Assembly: GCA_022828085.1 (NCBI GenBank) | Contig: JAJEIY010000001.1 | Coordinates: 35,180-99,179, forward strand | Length of the DNA: 64,000 nucleotides | Direction of reading: 5' to 3' | Origin: Acidobacteriota bacterium | GTDB lineage: Bacteria; Acidobacteriota; Vicinamibacteria; Marinacidobacterales; Marinacidobacteraceae | Part shown: in pieces, positions 19,019 through 29,129 of the stretch | Position numbering within the stretch: position 1 is the first letter of the stretch | Layout of the letters: the number at the start of each line of letters is the position of its first letter | Made by a program: the position numbers and the translations under genes | The notes under the pieces: model-generated | What the model saw: the letters and a program-made list of their open reading frames with translations, nothing else | Databases searched by the model: none | What the model was told of the DNA's origin: nothing

Positions 19019-19573
19019 TCAGTACCTGATGTCGGTCCGGCCGACCGTCATGCCGATGTTGCCGACCCGGCGGCCCATCGTGTAGTGCTCGCCGCTCCCG
19101 GCGGTCATCCCGAAGAACTCCACGGAAGGCACGATCAGGCGGCCACCGTCGTCAACCGCCCCCTCGACAGCGGTCGTCGCCACCACTTCCGCGATGAAAA
19201 GCTTCCGCACGGGCGGGACCTCAAGGGAAGCGATGGTGCGACACTCGCAGTGGATGGGGGACTCCTCCACGGTGGGCGCCGCGACCACGGACGCCGCGCC
19301 ACGGGTCAGGCCCGAGAGTTCGAACTTGTCGGCGACCCGGCTGGAGTTCATGTCCACGGTGTCGAACGCTTCGATCATGGAGGTCAGCGGGACGTTCAGC
19401 ACGAACTCGTCGTGGAGTTCGAGGAGTTCCCGCGCCTGATGCTCGAACCCCGCGCTCACCCCGATCTGGGGCGGGTCGCCGTTCACGACGAACGTCCAGA
19501 GCACCGAGACCTCGTCCGGGTCGCCGGGCCGGCCGTTCACGGTGAGCAGGATCGCCGGGCAGGGCGGGATCAT
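19019..19573 (-). CDS. Flavin reductase-like (FMN-binding split-barrel) domain protein
   Basis: The C-terminal 184 aa of the track ORF, from [43 protein letters not shown] onward, resemble flavin-reductase family proteins. The long upstream extension is antisense to the neighbouring beta-lactamase-like gene. Confidence 0.65.
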   Translation of the reverse strand: MIPPCPAILLTVNGRPGDPDEVSVLWTFVVNGDPPQIGVSAGFEHQARELLELHDEFVLNVPLTSMIEAFDTVDMNSSRVADKFELSGLTRGAASVVAAPTVEESPIHCECRTIASLEVPPVRKLFIAEVVATTAVEGAVDDGGRLIVPSVEFFGMTAGSGEHYTMGRRVGNIGMTVGRTDIRY

Positions 19574-19846
19574 CGGGCCGGGCTCCGCCAGCGAGCGGCG
19601 CGGACCGGTGAGCGGCGGAGGGTTGGCCGGAGGCTCCATCACGCCCGGCGAGGCGCCTGTTCCCGCCCGCTCGCCGGGCCCGCATCCCCAGACCGCGGCG
19701 ATCGCTGCCGCCGCCGGTGCGTTTGCGAGAATCCGTCTTCGCGACCAGCCGGGCATGACGCCGCCGGACGATACCGCAGGTCTCGCACACCCGCGGGACC
19801 GGAAACGGGCGGACAGTGCAATGATCCGCCGCCTCGGGAGAAGGCC

Positions 19847-21175
19847 ATGAAATTCATCCGCGACAAGCCCGCGAACCGGGCCGGAGCGGCGCTGTCCGCT
19901 CTCGCAGTCGTCCTGGCAGCCCTCACCGGCGGGTGCGCGGCCCCTCCGCCCCCGGACAACTCCTCCGGACTGGACCCGGACCGGCTGGCCCGGCTCGATG
20001 CCGCCCTCGAGGACTACGTCGCCTCCGGCGCCCTTCCCGGCGCCGTGGCGCTCGTCGCCGGCCGCGAGGAAGTCCTGTACCTCAAGGCCTTCGGCTACCG
20101 CGACAAGGAGGCCGGAGATCCGCTCGAAACCGATGACATCTTCCGGATCGCCTCCCAGTCCAAGGCGGTCGTCAGCGTGGCGATCCTGATGCTGCAGGAG
20201 GAGGGACGGCTGCTGATTTCGGACCCGGTCGGCCGCCATCTCCCGGAGTACCTCGAAACCACCGTCGCGAGCGCGAACCCCGACGGAACCTACGACGTGG
20301 TCCCCGCGCGGCAGCCGATCACTATCCGGCACCTGCTCACCCACACCGCGGGGATCACGTACGGCGGGGGGACCGCCGCCGCCGCATGGGCGGAGGCGGA
20401 CATCACCGGCTGGTACTTCGCCCACCGGGAGGAGCCGGTCCGCGAAACGGTGCGCCGCATGGCCTCCCTCCCCTTCGAGGCCCACCCCGGCGACTACTGG
20501 GTCTACGGCTACGCGACGGACATCCTGGGCGCCGTGGTGGAGGTCGCCTCGGGAACGTCGCTCGACGAGTTCCTCCGGACCCGCATCTTCGAGCCACTGG
20601 GGATGGCGGACACCCACTTCTATCTCCCGCCCGAAAAGCGCGACCGCCTCACCGTGGTCTATTCGGCCGGCGAGGGCGGCTTCACCCGCGCACCCGATCC
20701 CGGCGGCATGGTGGGACAGGGGGCGTACGTGGACGGGCCGCGGACAAGCTTCTCCGGCGGCGCCGGCCTCCTTTCGACCGCCTCCGACTACGGGCGGTTC
20801 CTCCAGATGCTGCTGAACGGCGGGAAGCTCGGGGACGCCCGCATCCTCTCGCCGAAGAGCGTCGAGCTCATGACCGTGGACCATCTCGGCGGGCTGCTGG
20901 TCCGGGACCTGAACGACGCCAGCGCCGTGTTCGGCGCGGAAAGGGGGGTCGGATTCGGGCTCGGCTTCCGCGTGGTGGAGGACGTGGGCGCGCACGGCGC
21001 GCCCGGCTCGGAAGGCGTCTACGGGTGGGGCGGGGCCTACCACTCGAGCTACTGGGTGGACCCCGAGGAGGAGCTGGTCGCCGTCTATCTCGCGCAACTG
21101 ATCCCCTCCGGGAACCTGGACGACCACGCGAAGTTCCGCGCGCTCGTTTACCAGGCCATCGAGTCGGCCAACTGA
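19847..21175 (+). CDS. Serine hydrolase, beta-lactamase / DD-peptidase-like (S12 family), probable lipoprotein
   Basis: The start [30 protein letters not shown] provides a signal and lipobox-like Cys. An SxxK motif (ASQSK) and a class C beta-lactamase-like fold give about 442 aa. Confidence 0.8.
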   Translation: MKFIRDKPANRAGAALSALAVVLAALTGGCAAPPPPDNSSGLDPDRLARLDAALEDYVASGALPGAVALVAGREEVLYLKAFGYRDKEAGDPLETDDIFRIASQSKAVVSVAILMLQEEGRLLISDPVGRHLPEYLETTVASANPDGTYDVVPARQPITIRHLLTHTAGITYGGGTAAAAWAEADITGWYFAHREEPVRETVRRMASLPFEAHPGDYWVYGYATDILGAVVEVASGTSLDEFLRTRIFEPLGMADTHFYLPPEKRDRLTVVYSAGEGGFTRAPDPGGMVGQGAYVDGPRTSFSGGAGLLSTASDYGRFLQMLLNGGKLGDARILSPKSVELMTVDHLGGLLVRDLNDASAVFGAERGVGFGLGFRVVEDVGAHGAPGSEGVYGWGGAYHSSYWVDPEEELVAVYLAQLIPSGNLDDHAKFRALVYQAIESAN

Positions 21176-21314
21176 CGGTGGAGGTCCCGGGACGATGTTC
21201 CGGGAGGCCCTGGCTCGATCCGGTTGACCTGAAACGGGCGCTATCGCGGAAAACGCAGGTGTACTTTCCAAAAAACCGCGTAATTTCGTAACTACGACTG
21301 CGAATGGGACACCG

Positions 21315-22736
21315 CTACGGGCGGTCCCGCGAAGGCCCGAGGATCAGTCCGTCCAGCTCGGCGTCGGGAATCGCCGCGAACTCGCGGGCGCGCCGGAAGT
21401 AGAAGAGCGCCCCGAGCGCGACCCAGGCGGCCAGGGCGATCCAGGAAGGCAGCGCCATGAAGCCGGGCATCCCGGGAACGCAGAGGAGGACCAGGAACCC
21501 GGCGGACAGGAGCGCACCGAGCACGGCTTCCACCCGCGCGCGCCGGCGGCGTGCCACCAAGAACGCCGCAAGACAGGTGTAGAGGTAGCCGCAGGCGGTG
21601 CCGACCGCGGCCATGTCCACCACCCAGACGATGACCTCGCGGCCGAACCAGGGCGCGAGCAGCGAAACCGCCCCGGTGAACAGCAGCGCGTTCCGCGGCG
21701 TGCCGCGGGCCGGGTCGACGCTGCCGAACCAGGCCGGCAGCAACCGCGCCCGTCCCATGCTGAACAGGAGGCGGCTGCTCGCCATGAAGAAGCCGTTGAT
21801 GCCCGTGAAGATGGCCGTGACGACGGCGACGCTCAGGATGGCCACGCCCGCCGCTCCCAGGCTCGCCCGCACCGTGGCGCCGGTCGCCCAGACGGACTCG
21901 CCGGCCACCAGTTCGCGCCAGGGCAGGACCACGCCGGTGGCCAAGAGCACCACCACGTACATCCCGGCACCCGCCACGATCGCCGCCGCCATCAGCCGGA
22001 ACGCCTTCCGGGCCGGGAACGCGAACTCCTCGGCGGCCTGCGGCAGGGTGTCGAAGCCGACGTAGAGCCAGGGCGAGATCGCGAGCATCGCCAGGACGCC
22101 GGTCCAGGCGGACCGGCCGGGGGCGAACCAGGGCTCCCAGTTGACCGCGCTGGCGCCGGGGGCGGTGAGCGCCCCGAGCCCCACCAGCGCCACCGCCGCC
22201 ACCATGAGGCCGGTCAGGATCGCCTGCGCCCTCCCGACGCCCTCGACGCCCCGGGAGTGAAGGGACCCGACCAGAACCACGGCGAACGCGGCAAGGGCGA
22301 CCTCCCCAGCGAACACCTCGAAGCCGGCGACCGTATAGAGGGCGCCCCGCGCGAACAACTCCGGCGCCAGGAACCTGCCGAGGACGGCGAGCGCGGTCGC
22401 GTTGAGCGGCACGATGCTCAGGTAGCCGAGGGCGAGGAGCCAGCCGCAGACCACCGCGTGGCGCCGGCCGGCGGCCCGGTAGGCGTAGGCGAACTCGGCC
22501 CCCGCCACCGGAAAGGCGCGGACCATGAGGCCGTAGCTCCGGGCGATCACGACCATCGCCAACCCGCCGAGCGCGATGCCCAGCGCCGCGCCGAGCGGCC
22601 CGGCGGTCTCGAGGAAGTCGCCGGCGAGGATGAAGCAGCCAAAGCCGATGACGCAGCCAAGCGCCAGCGACCCGACCTGGAGCGGCGCGAGAACCGGCCT
22701 CAGTCGCGGGCGGTGGCTCAGGGGTGCGTCAGGCAA
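21315..22736 (-). CDS. APC family amino acid permease
   Basis: The 473-aa protein has 12 TM segments and APC-type topology. Confidence 0.8.
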   Translation of the reverse strand: MPDAPLSHRPRLRPVLAPLQVGSLALGCVIGFGCFILAGDFLETAGPLGAALGIALGGLAMVVIARSYGLMVRAFPVAGAEFAYAYRAAGRRHAVVCGWLLALGYLSIVPLNATALAVLGRFLAPELFARGALYTVAGFEVFAGEVALAAFAVVLVGSLHSRGVEGVGRAQAILTGLMVAAVALVGLGALTAPGASAVNWEPWFAPGRSAWTGVLAMLAISPWLYVGFDTLPQAAEEFAFPARKAFRLMAAAIVAGAGMYVVVLLATGVVLPWRELVAGESVWATGATVRASLGAAGVAILSVAVVTAIFTGINGFFMASSRLLFSMGRARLLPAWFGSVDPARGTPRNALLFTGAVSLLAPWFGREVIVWVVDMAAVGTACGYLYTCLAAFLVARRRRARVEAVLGALLSAGFLVLLCVPGMPGFMALPSWIALAAWVALGALFYFRRAREFAAIPDAELDGLILGPSRDRP

Positions 22737-22828
22737 GGGTCACGTCCGGCAAGGTTCGGTTCGGTGGCGCGGATTATCCGGGTGCGGGGCATTGGTCGGT
22801 CGATCCGCGAATCCGTAGAGTTGCGGCC

Positions 22829-24031
22829 ATGAGAGTTTCCCGACGCGCCTTGCTGGGGTCAGCGCTCGCGCCCGCGGCGCTGGCGTGGGCCCCAGCCGCG
22901 CGCGCCGCGGCGCAGACCGCCGCCCGCCATTCCAGTTTCGATCCGTGGATCGAGATCCGGCCCGACCACGTGCGGCACAACGTCCGAGAGGTGAGCCGCC
23001 TCGTCGAGGGCCGCCCCATCCTGGCGGTCATCAAGAACAACGCCTACGGGATGGGCCTCAACAACATGGCGCGGATCCTGGAATCGGAGACCGCCGTAAT
23101 CGGCATGGCGGTCGTGAAGCTGAGCGAGGCCCTCGAGCTCCGCGACGCCGGGATCGCCAAGCCGGTTCTCCTGATGGGGCCTTTCGACGACGCCGACCTC
23201 GAAGAGGCGGTGATGCGCGGCATCACGCCGATGGTCTATACGCAGGTGGGCGACGCGCTCGACCGGCTGGCGGCGCGGCGGCAGTCGGCGGTCCCGGTGC
23301 AGGTCTGCGTCGACACCGGGATGGGCCGCGTCGGCATCTCGCACCGGCGCGCGGCCGGACTCATCGCCGATCTCGCCGGGCGCGACGGGGTGGACCTCGC
23401 CGGCACCATGACCACGCTGAACGAAGACCCCGAGTTCGAGAAGCTGCAACTCCGGCGGTTCCGGGAGGTCGAACAAATACTCGCCGCGAGCGGGATCGCC
23501 ATGGGCAGGCGGCACGCGGCTTCGAGCTACGGCCTGTTCGACAACCCGCCGGCCTACCTCGATGCGGTCCGGCCCGGCATGGCGCTCTTCGGTCAGTACT
23601 CGACCCAGCGGTTCCGTGAGCTGGATCTGCTCGACCTGCGACCGTCCATGAGCCTGAAGGCGCGGGTGGCGCTCGTGAAACGCCTGGAAGCGGGCGACAC
23701 CGCCGGTTACGAGGCGGCCTACCGGGCGGACCGGGACGTCTGGATCGCGACCGTCCCCGCGGGTCACGTAGACGGGGTTCCGCGGATCGCGGCCAACGGC
23801 GGGTGGGTGAGGATCCGCGACACGCGCTACCCGATCATCGCCAGCGTTTCCGCAAGCCACACGATCGTGGAGATCGGGCCGGAAAAGACCGTGGAGGCGG
23901 GTGACGTCGCCACCTATTTCGACTGGCGGGACGGTTCGCGGCCCGAGGACGCGAGCGCGGCTTCCGGCGCTTCGGTCTACGACCTCGTCATGCACCTGAA
24001 CCCCACGCTGCCGCGGCGACTCGTCTCCTGA
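22829..24031 (+). CDS. alr: Alanine racemase with twin-arginine (Tat) signal peptide
   Basis: MRVSRRALLGSALAPAALAWAPAARAAAQ is a Tat signal. The PLP-lysine motif AVIKNNAYGMG (cf. VVKANAYGHG) and an Alr fold give about 400 aa. Confidence 0.8.
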   Translation: MRVSRRALLGSALAPAALAWAPAARAAAQTAARHSSFDPWIEIRPDHVRHNVREVSRLVEGRPILAVIKNNAYGMGLNNMARILESETAVIGMAVVKLSEALELRDAGIAKPVLLMGPFDDADLEEAVMRGITPMVYTQVGDALDRLAARRQSAVPVQVCVDTGMGRVGISHRRAAGLIADLAGRDGVDLAGTMTTLNEDPEFEKLQLRRFREVEQILAASGIAMGRRHAASSYGLFDNPPAYLDAVRPGMALFGQYSTQRFRELDLLDLRPSMSLKARVALVKRLEAGDTAGYEAAYRADRDVWIATVPAGHVDGVPRIAANGGWVRIRDTRYPIIASVSASHTIVEIGPEKTVEAGDVATYFDWRDGSRPEDASAASGASVYDLVMHLNPTLPRRLVS

Positions 24032-24107
24032 ACCAGCCTTCCGGCCCTCCGCCTCGAACGGAACATTCCCCGCCACGGCGACGTTCGGGGCCATCGGGGA
24101 CGACGAA

Positions 24108-24851
24108 ATGGCGCGCCTGACCGACTACCGGGTCCTCACCTTCGACTGCTACGGGACCCTGATCGACTGGGAGGCGGGGATCTGGGAGGCGTTGCAACCG
24201 GTCATCCGGTCGAACGGCGCCGCGGGACTCACGCGGGGCGAGGTCCTCCGCGCCTTCGCGCGCTTCGAGGGACAGCACGAGCACGCGACCCCGGACCTTG
24301 CCTACCCGGACCTCCTCGCCCGCGTGCACCGGGACCTGGCGGGGAGCTTCGGCCTGCGGACCGACCCGGAGCTCGACGCCGGTTTCGGAAACTCCGTGCC
24401 CCGCTGGCCGGCGTTCCCCGACAGCGCAGCGGCCCTCCAGATCCTGAAACGCCACTTCCGGCTCGTGATCCTCTCCAACGTCCACCGGGACGGCATCGCC
24501 GCCTCCGCCCGCACGCTCGGCGTCGAGTTCGACGCCTTCTACACCGCCGAGGACATCGGCTCCTACAAGCCGTCGGACGCGAACTTCGAGTACCTGATCG
24601 ACCACCTGAAGTCGGACTTCGGGCTGGAGCGGGGTGAGGTCCTGCACACCGCGCAGAGTCTCCACCACGACCACGTCCCGGCGAACCGGTTCGGCCTCGC
24701 GAGCGCCTGGATCGATCGCCAGCGGCTCTCGGAGGGCGGGAGCTGGGGCGCGACCGCCAGGGTCGCCGCGATGCCGCGGCTCGACTTCATCTTCTTCACG
24801 CTCGGCGAGATGGCGGATGCGGTGACCGCCGAGCTGGAGGAAAGGAGCTAG
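24108..24851 (+). CDS. HAD-superfamily hydrolase (haloacid dehalogenase type II-like)
   Basis: The nucleophile motif FDCYGTLIDW (DxYGT) is present and the protein is 247 aa. Confidence 0.8.
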   Translation: MARLTDYRVLTFDCYGTLIDWEAGIWEALQPVIRSNGAAGLTRGEVLRAFARFEGQHEHATPDLAYPDLLARVHRDLAGSFGLRTDPELDAGFGNSVPRWPAFPDSAAALQILKRHFRLVILSNVHRDGIAASARTLGVEFDAFYTAEDIGSYKPSDANFEYLIDHLKSDFGLERGEVLHTAQSLHHDHVPANRFGLASAWIDRQRLSEGGSWGATARVAAMPRLDFIFFTLGEMADAVTAELEERS

Positions 24852-24890
24852 GGGACGCCCGCCCTCGCGGGTCCGGGGTTCAACGTTCGA

Positions 24891-25757
24891 TCAGCCCAGG
24901 ATCGCCCGGTCCAGCACCAGCACCAGGATCAGCGCCGGAACGTAGGCGATGGACGCTTTCAGAACCCGCCGCGCATCCGGCTTGCCCCGGCTCCACCGGA
25001 ACTCGGCGGCCGCGGTCATGAACCAGATCGCGAGCGCGGCGGCGCCGACGAAGTAGATCCATCCCGCCAGCGACAGCGCGACGGGCCAGAGGCTCAGCGC
25101 GGCGAGAAGGACCGTGAAGAACAGGGTCTGCCGCACCGTCGAACGTCCCGACGGATCCACCGCCGGGAGCATCACGAAGCCCCCCTGCCCGTAGTCCTCG
25201 CGGTACATCCAGGCGAGCGGCAGGAAGTGCGCCATCTGCCAGGCGACGAGGATCGAGAACATCGCCGCGCCGCCCCAACCCACGGACCCGGTGGCCGCGG
25301 TCCAGCCGCAGAGCGCCGGCAGGGCGCCCGGGACCGTGCCCACGAGGGTGTTCCAGTGGGTCCGGCGCTTCAGGGGCGTGTACACGAAAACGTAGAGGAG
25401 GACGGTCAGAAGCGTCAGGCCGCCGGTCAGCGGGTTGACGGCCAGCGCGAGCACCCCGGTCCCCGCCGCGGCGAGGCCGATCCCGCTGCCGAGCGCCGCC
25501 GAGGGCGCGAGGCGTCCCGACGGCAGCGGACGCCCCCGCGTCCGGCGCATGCCGGCGTCCTCTTCCCGTTCGACCCAGTGGTTCAGGGCGCCGGCGCCCC
25601 CGCTGGCGAGGGTGACGCCGAGGAGGAGCAGGAGGAGCCGGCTCCAGCCGAAGAACTCCGCCGGCGCCAGCACGAATCCTCCCGCCGACGACAGCGCGAC
25701 GACGAGCGCGATCTCGGGCTTCGTGAGCTCGAGGTACGGGGTGAGATTCGGCCGCAC
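24891..25757 (-). CDS. ctaB: Protoheme IX farnesyltransferase (heme O synthase)
   Basis: The N-terminus YLELTKPEIALVV matches the UbiA family, with CyoE/CtaB-like TM topology over 288 aa. Confidence 0.88.
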   Translation of the reverse strand: MRPNLTPYLELTKPEIALVVALSSAGGFVLAPAEFFGWSRLLLLLLGVTLASGGAGALNHWVEREEDAGMRRTRGRPLPSGRLAPSAALGSGIGLAAAGTGVLALAVNPLTGGLTLLTVLLYVFVYTPLKRRTHWNTLVGTVPGALPALCGWTAATGSVGWGGAAMFSILVAWQMAHFLPLAWMYREDYGQGGFVMLPAVDPSGRSTVRQTLFFTVLLAALSLWPVALSLAGWIYFVGAAALAIWFMTAAAEFRWSRGKPDARRVLKASIAYVPALILVLVLDRAILG

Positions 25758-25760
25758 GGG

Positions 25761-26690
25761 TCAGGTTGAGGTGACCGGGTTCCGGCCCCAGCGGTGGGTG
25801 CCGAGCGCGGCCAGCACCGCACCCGCCATCAGCAGCGCGCCGATCACCGCGTGCGAGGTGTTCACCACCACCTGCACGTTGCTCGGCTGGAGCATCCCGG
25901 CGTCGTCGAGGGTGACCAGGTAGGCAGTCAGCCCCAGGATCAGTTGCAGATCCACCAGGCCGGCGAGCACCCACGACCCCCGGTGCAGCACCCGCGAGTT
26001 CCGGTACCCGTTCCAGACCCGGAGCAGGAAGGCCGCCACCACGGCAGCCACCAGGACGGCCCCGCCGATGTGGAGTCCGACGAGCCACGGATGGATCCCG
26101 GTGCCGGGATGGCGGAGCAGGGCGCCGAGGATGATCTGGAGCCAGACGGCGGCGGGGGCGGCGAGGGCGAGCCGCCAGAGGCGTTGGTCGCGGGGACCGT
26201 CCCTCGCGGCATCCAGGCTCAGCCACCACTTCGAGGTAAAGGCCGCCAGCGCCACGACCAGCCCGAGGAAGAGTTGCGCCGTCGCGGCGTGGACGACCGC
26301 CAGGTCGAGCGACAGCCACACCACCCGCAGCCCGCCCAGCAGGCCCTGGAAGGACACGAGGGCCAGCGCGCCGAGGGCGAGCCGGCGGAGCCAGCGCCGG
26401 GACTCCGCGAACCACGTCCAGACGCCGAGGATGGTGGTCAGGAATCCGACCAGCAGCCCGAGCAGCCGGTGGCCGTGCTCGGCGAGGAGCGGCGTGACCC
26501 GCCACCATCCCGGCCAGGGATTGAAGGGGTCGTAGGAGTCGTAGGACGACGGCCAGTCGGGGACGGCGAGGCCCGCCTCGATACTGGTGACGAACGCGCC
26601 CCACCCCATGAGCAGGAGGGTGGAGAGGACCGTCAGGACGGTGAACCGGTGCCGCCACCGCATCCCTGCCGCGCCCGAGTTCCTGGCCAT
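25761..26690 (-). CDS. ctaA: Heme A synthase (CtaA/COX15 family)
   Basis: The polytopic protein has paired His-containing helices (HGHRLLG, HAATAQ), lies immediately upstream of ctaB and is about 300 aa. Confidence 0.75.
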   Translation of the reverse strand: MARNSGAAGMRWRHRFTVLTVLSTLLLMGWGAFVTSIEAGLAVPDWPSSYDSYDPFNPWPGWWRVTPLLAEHGHRLLGLLVGFLTTILGVWTWFAESRRWLRRLALGALALVSFQGLLGGLRVVWLSLDLAVVHAATAQLFLGLVVALAAFTSKWWLSLDAARDGPRDQRLWRLALAAPAAVWLQIILGALLRHPGTGIHPWLVGLHIGGAVLVAAVVAAFLLRVWNGYRNSRVLHRGSWVLAGLVDLQLILGLTAYLVTLDDAGMLQPSNVQVVVNTSHAVIGALLMAGAVLAALGTHRWGRNPVTST

Positions 26691-26720
26691 ACCGAAGCGG
26701 CGAAACGATAGCCGTGCGCC

Positions 26721-27218
26721 TCAGCCCCGCGCCCGGTAGAACGTGATCAGGTCCTGACTCGGCGGCGGCTCTGCGCCGAGTTGGCGGAGCATGGTCGTCA
26801 CCTGTCCCCGGTGGTAGCTGGCGTGGTTGACGACGTGCTGCAGCATTTCCCGGAACACCGAGCGCGCCGGCACGCCGCCGAGGGCCGCATATTCCATCTC
26901 GCGGCCGATTCCGTCCGGTCCGAGCCCGTCGACGAAGCTCCGTATCCGCCGCTCTTCCTCGTCCCAGCGAGTCCGGATGTCCTGGACCGTCCCGAAGTCC
27001 TCGGGCGCCAGGTGGGCGCTCGGCCCCTGCCCCTCCCAGCGCGAGCACCAGATCCACTCGGCCGAGACGAGGTGGACGAGCGTGCCGCGGATGGAACCAA
27101 AGCTGTTGCCGAGGTCCCGGTGGAACTCGAGGGGAGGAATCCGCGCGACGGCGTCGAGCAACCGGTCCCGGGCCCAGTAGTGGTAGTCGAGGAGGGCGAT
27201 CAGGGCTTCGTACGACAT
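26721..27218 (-). CDS. DinB/YfiT-like metal-dependent hydrolase family protein
   Basis: The 165-aa protein has DinB_2-like His motifs (HLVSAEWIW, HASYHRGQV). Confidence 0.7.
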   Translation of the reverse strand: MSYEALIALLDYHYWARDRLLDAVARIPPLEFHRDLGNSFGSIRGTLVHLVSAEWIWCSRWEGQGPSAHLAPEDFGTVQDIRTRWDEEERRIRSFVDGLGPDGIGREMEYAALGGVPARSVFREMLQHVVNHASYHRGQVTTMLRQLGAEPPPSQDLITFYRARG

Positions 27219-27275
27219 CCCCGCAGCCTACCGCCGCGCCCCGATTTCCCCGCCTCCGCGATACCGTAGAACGCC

Positions 27276-27878
27276 ATGACGCTGGCGCAGCTCGCCGCCT
27301 TCAACGTCACCCTGCTGGTGGCGATGTTCAGCCCCGGGCCGGCGCTCCTGGTCGCGGTCCAGACCAACCTGAGCGCCGGACGGCGCGCCGGAATCGCCGT
27401 TGGGTGCGGCCTCGGCCTGATGGCGGCGACCTGGACGCTGATGGCGCTCGTCGGTTTCGCGGTGGTCTTCGAGGTGTTCCCGGCGGCGTACACGGGCGCC
27501 CGGGTCGCCGGGGCGCTCTATCTCCTCTACGTCGCCTACCGGATGTGGCGGGGCGCCTCGGCTCCCGCGGGCGCGCTCCCGGAGCCGGCCCGCCGGGCCT
27601 TCCGTCAGGGCCTCTTCATCAACGTGTTCAACCCGAAGGCGGTCCTCTTCGCGGCGGCGGTCCTCATCGCGATCTTTCCGGGCGGGCTGGGCGCCGTGAA
27701 CAGTGCGCTCATCGCCGTCAACCACCTCCTGATCGAAATCTCGTTCTACACGGCCCTCGCCTTCTGCCTGAACACCGAGGCGGTCGCCGGACGCTACCTG
27801 CGGGCGAAGACCTGGATCGACCGCGGCGCGGCGGCGGTCCTCGGGGCGCTGGGACTGCGGATCCTCCTGAGCCGCTGA
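27276..27878 (+). CDS. LysE/RhtB family amino-acid exporter (second copy)
   Basis: The 200-aa protein begins MTLAQLAAFNVTLLVAMFSPGPA and has a LysE-type six-TM topology. Confidence 0.8.
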   Translation: MTLAQLAAFNVTLLVAMFSPGPALLVAVQTNLSAGRRAGIAVGCGLGLMAATWTLMALVGFAVVFEVFPAAYTGARVAGALYLLYVAYRMWRGASAPAGALPEPARRAFRQGLFINVFNPKAVLFAAAVLIAIFPGGLGAVNSALIAVNHLLIEISFYTALAFCLNTEAVAGRYLRAKTWIDRGAAAVLGALGLRILLSR

Positions 27879-27919
27879 GGTCCGGCCGGCATGCAGGGGT
27901 AGCACGCGCCGGCCCGGGA

Positions 27920-28363
27920 GTGAACGTGTTCCGCTTCGTGGCCGCTTCGGACCCGGTCGAGATCGAAGCGCCCGCGGAACGGGTGTGGGACATCCTCGTG
28001 GACTTCGAGCGCTACGGGGAATGGAACCCGTTCACCACCCGGGTCGAGGCGAGCCTCGAAATCGGTGCGCCCGTCATGCTGCACGTCAGGCTCGGGTGGC
28101 TGAAGCGGAAACAGCCCGAGCGGATCGAGACCGTCGAACCCCCGCATCTCCTGGCCTGGGGCACCACGATGGGCCATCCCGTCCTGCTGTCGGCGCTCCG
28201 GGAGCAGAGGGTGGAAGCGCTGGGCGAAACGCGCTGCCGCTACTCGACGACGGACCGGACGACCGGGCTGCTGACGCCGCTGGTGGCGCTCCTCTTCGGC
28301 CGCCTCATCCGCCAGGGCTTCAACGACCTCGCGGCCGCCCTGAAAACCCGCGCAGAAGCGTAA
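27920..28363 (+). CDS. SRPBCC (START/Bet v1-like, polyketide cyclase-like) family protein
   Basis: The roughly 147-aa protein from a GTG start contains ERVWDILVDFERYGEWNP, typical of SRPBCC ligand-binding proteins. The track ORF upstream overlaps the LysE gene. Confidence 0.55.
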   Translation: MNVFRFVAASDPVEIEAPAERVWDILVDFERYGEWNPFTTRVEASLEIGAPVMLHVRLGWLKRKQPERIETVEPPHLLAWGTTMGHPVLLSALREQRVEALGETRCRYSTTDRTTGLLTPLVALLFGRLIRQGFNDLAAALKTRAEA

Positions 28364-28375
28364 GGCGCAACGCCG

Positions 28376-28444
28376 GACGGCGCCGCCGGCTTGGAACGCC
28401 GGTCTCCGACCGGCACGCGCGGCGCTCCGAGCCGCGCACGTCGC
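28376..28444 (+). repeat. Intergenic repeat element copy A
   Basis: The copy reads GGCGCCGCCGGCTTGGAACGCCGGTCTCCGACCGGCACGCGCGGCGCTCCGAGCCGCGCACGTCG, with hairpin 1 at 28398-28414 and hairpin 2 at 28417-28437 (GCGCGGC...GCCGCGC). It lies between convergent genes. Confidence 0.75.
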
Positions 28445-28508
28445 AACCCCAACCAGCCTCACGGCGCGTGCCGCCGGGAACGCCCACCCAGCACAGATCG
28501 CCGACCGA

Positions 28509-29090
28509 TCACCGGTCGTGCATGCCCTTCCCCTCGAGAATCCGCGTCGCGTGCTTCTCGATCCGCGCCGCACGCGTCTTCGACTGTTTCGCCGCCCCGA
28601 AGAAGAGGTTGTATCCCCGCTGCCGCCCCGGCGTCAGCGCCTCGAAGGCCGCCCTGAACTCAGGGTCCGACTCCATCCTCGCCAAGAGTTCCTCCACCAG
28701 CACCAAATCGTGCTTCTGGTTGAAGTCCACCCTCAAGCCGGCCCGTTCCACCTCGATGGCGTTTTCGAGAGTGGCGCGAATGATCGGTTCCTTCTCCTCG
28801 ATTTCCTCGACGCTCGTGAACCGCAGTTGACGGGACGCCTGTGAGTGGGGTCCCGGGGGAATGAGCAGCCCGTGCGGGTTGTCCAGCAGGGCTCCCTTGA
28901 AGAAGCCAAGGTCGCAGGTGTGCTTGAACCCGCCGAGGATGACCACGTTCGCTCCCTGAAAGGTGTAGCAGGGCTGGCGCCACTTGAGCTCTTCCGAGAA
29001 CGGGTAGTCGAGCAGGATCGCCCGAAGTCGCTGCTTCTCCGCCCGCCAGTCCCTGGTGTGCTGGAAGTACCGGTCGAGTCTGGAAGCCAT
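28509..29090 (-). CDS. YdeI/OmpD-associated family protein (DUF1801-like)
   Basis: The 193-aa protein is recognised by overall family resemblance (FQGANVVILGGFKHTCDLGFFKG). It is the last gene of the minus-strand peptidase cluster. Confidence 0.5.
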   Translation of the reverse strand: MASRLDRYFQHTRDWRAEKQRLRAILLDYPFSEELKWRQPCYTFQGANVVILGGFKHTCDLGFFKGALLDNPHGLLIPPGPHSQASRQLRFTSVEEIEEKEPIIRATLENAIEVERAGLRVDFNQKHDLVLVEELLARMESDPEFRAAFEALTPGRQRGYNLFFGAAKQSKTRAARIEKHATRILEGKGMHDR

Positions 29091-29129
29091 GACGAATCAC
29101 AAGTCGCATCGCAATGCCGAGGGCCTTCC

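Noticed and set aside
28445-28500. GCGCGTGCCGCCGGGAACGCC segment resembling a degenerate, loop-deleted copy of the repeat core
   Set aside because: The similarity is short and ambiguous in orientation, and could be coincidental.
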